Assembly (NCBI RefSeq): GCF_006345805.1
Contig: NW_021835541.1
Span: forward strand, 1 to 39,688
DNA from: Octopus sinensis
Lineage: Eukaryota
Length of the DNA: 39,688 nt
Reading direction: 5' to 3'
This document shows, piece by piece, positions 37,846 through 39,688 of the stretch; the first letter of the stretch is position 1; every line of letters starts with the position of its first letter. Made by a program: the position numbers and the translations under genes. The notes beneath the pieces were generated by a model. The model saw only the letters and a list, made by a program, of their open reading frames with translations. It had not been told where the DNA came from and did no database searches.

Positions 37846-38769
37846 AATTATTGCTTTCACATATCAGTGGCAAAAGATTTCATATTTTCATGCAGTTGAC
37901 CTTCAGTACAAGTTAATAACAACGCCCAACGAGACAAATATGTGCGTATAGAATTCTCACTGATCGCTCCTAGGACGTTTATTGTGTGCCTTCGGTATAA
38001 TGTTTTTGAAAACAGTATGTGCACATGAGATGTTTTCATCGAACGACTTCCGCAGGAAATTTTCTTTTCCCGATGTATTCACATTAAGCATGATAAATAG
38101 AAAGCTATTCAAATCTAGCACTTCTGTTGTAAGTTTCATTTTCGCGATATATCTACATAAGGCATTGTACAAAGATGACTATTTTCATCTGATACAGCAT
38201 ATATTGCATCCAGCATTCTCACCAGGCGCTGTTGCGACAATTTTCCTCTGCTTTCTATATATATTGTGTTTTTTAACACAGCACACCCTTAGGAGTTATC
38301 TCCGGACCAATACTGCCACTTTTGGGTGACATATCATCATTAACTATGATATATAGATAGGTATTTTAATCTAATATTGCTGCTGTTATATTTAGCTGAT
38401 TTTTATAATATCCAAACCCAAATAGGCCTAGATCAAGTACGGTTATAACCAAATGATGACTACCTCATTTTTTAAAATTCTACACGACAATATTCAAATT
38501 GAAGCTATAGTTTGAGAGTGGTTTTGGTTGTTATTTCTATCATATCAAGCGATTGTGATAAGTAATAACTCTGTGTCTTTTGTAACTCACCGAGCCTTTT
38601 TATGGGCTTAGAAAATCTTCTAATATCTTATATACATCTCCGTCTGCACACTAGGGATTTCTATAAGGGAAAGGCTGCCATCATGAGCTGATAAAATTTG
38701 GCACCAGTTTCGTAGCTAGGGTTACCGTCTAAAGTCATAAAACTAGAACAAATTCCAACTAGCTCTCCG

Positions 38770-38940
38770 TCCCCCTAATTCAAAGGCCTCGGTTGGGAAC
38801 TTTTCGTCGACCTCGAAAGTTGAAAGGTACATCTGATCTTAGAACAATTTGAATTCAGATTACTGGAAGCCGGAACAAATGATGTGTAGCATTCTATCCG
38901 ACATACTAAAAGCTCTGCTAATTCGTTAACCACCTGAATG
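38770..38940 (-). mobile_element. SINE family B, old diverged copy
   Basis: Minus strand AGGTGG...TAGCAGAG...GTCGGATAGAATGCT...CTGAATTCAAATT...ACCTTTCAACTTTCGAGGTCGACGAAAAG. Confidence 0.6.
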
Positions 38941-39688
38941 GATTGGTGCCTGAAAACACAATTCAAAATTCTTTCTGTGTTACTGACACTGTCCTATTTC
39001 TGTGTCAATTAAATCTCAAATGGTTCGATTGAGCTAATTGTATATATGTAGCGCAAGTTGGGAAACATTCACATCGCTTTACATAATGTAGGGTGGTGTC
39101 ATTCTGTAGGCGTAAAGATGTCAATGAAAAATAATTCCAGTGTATTCCGCCCTTGAATTCTTTAAAATAGAGCTTCAACCATTGTTTTGACCTACCAACG
39201 AAGATATTCCGAGTGGCCGCTCAACTTGCTAGAAAAGGCAAAAAAGTCTTCTCGACAACAAATTGAGTAAGGAATTCATTGGGCAATGTATTTAAACAAA
39301 GATGGGATCGACAATGACGGAACGCATTTGATCAAATGTTTGTCAAATAAAAGCTAGTATGGGATTAAGCAACATCAGCAGCAACGAGGCAAACCATTCC
39401 TAATATCTTCTCTATAATTTAGAGCCAAAGTGGTTAATTAAGCTGCTAGAAACAACTGCCAAATTTCGTTCAAATTACAGCCCACCTTATAAAATGAAAG
39501 AACACGTTGTATATTATAGGATTGTGTTTGTTTTTATACGCTTAAAAATTGCTTGATCGTAGTCGGGATGAGTGTGATCACGTCTCACCGATTGGAGGCG
39601 ACCTGTGACTAAATGACCTCAACAACAAGAACATGCACATTACAACCTCCTTATAAGAACCACCTTGAAATTCCATATTACAAATTTT

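Noticed and set aside
38591-38960. Minus-strand segment with strong acceptor and GTGAGT donor resembling an exon
   Set aside because: All frames contain stops, and the 5' half is a diverged SINE-B copy.

Overview
AT-rich, repeat-saturated eukaryotic DNA with no convincing intact host protein-coding gene. The SINE families and microsatellite load look like an octopus (coleoid cephalopod) intron or intergenic region; this is pattern recognition from memory, not a database result. Nearly all ORFs in the track are microsatellite translations. The recognisable coding sequence is transposon-derived: a 5'-truncated Tx1/L1-clade LINE (minus strand, 9618-12263) inside a (GATA)n array; a 5'-truncated R4/Dong-clade RT + restriction-like-endonuclease LINE (plus strand, about 24778-26790) inside a (TAA)n array; a decayed Helitron PIF1-helicase fragment bounded by Helitron-like ends; and four mariner transposase remnants. 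There are also a short non-autonomous Helitron, a probable Penelope-type fragment with a mutated hammerhead core, 12 or more copies of one modular tRNA-derived SINE (family A), two other SINE families, a degenerate 28-bp minisatellite and several fold-back structures. The most notable patterns are: (i) the two LINE lineages each sit in their own microsatellite class, and SINE-A copies mostly abut TA-rich tracts; (ii) an unexplained direct-repeat + inverted-repeat element at 7210-7990; (iii) two consecutive long hairpins at 35144-36574 that would be ADAR substrates if transcribed. A few short candidate exons are noted at low confidence. I found no clear evidence of a wholly new biological system.
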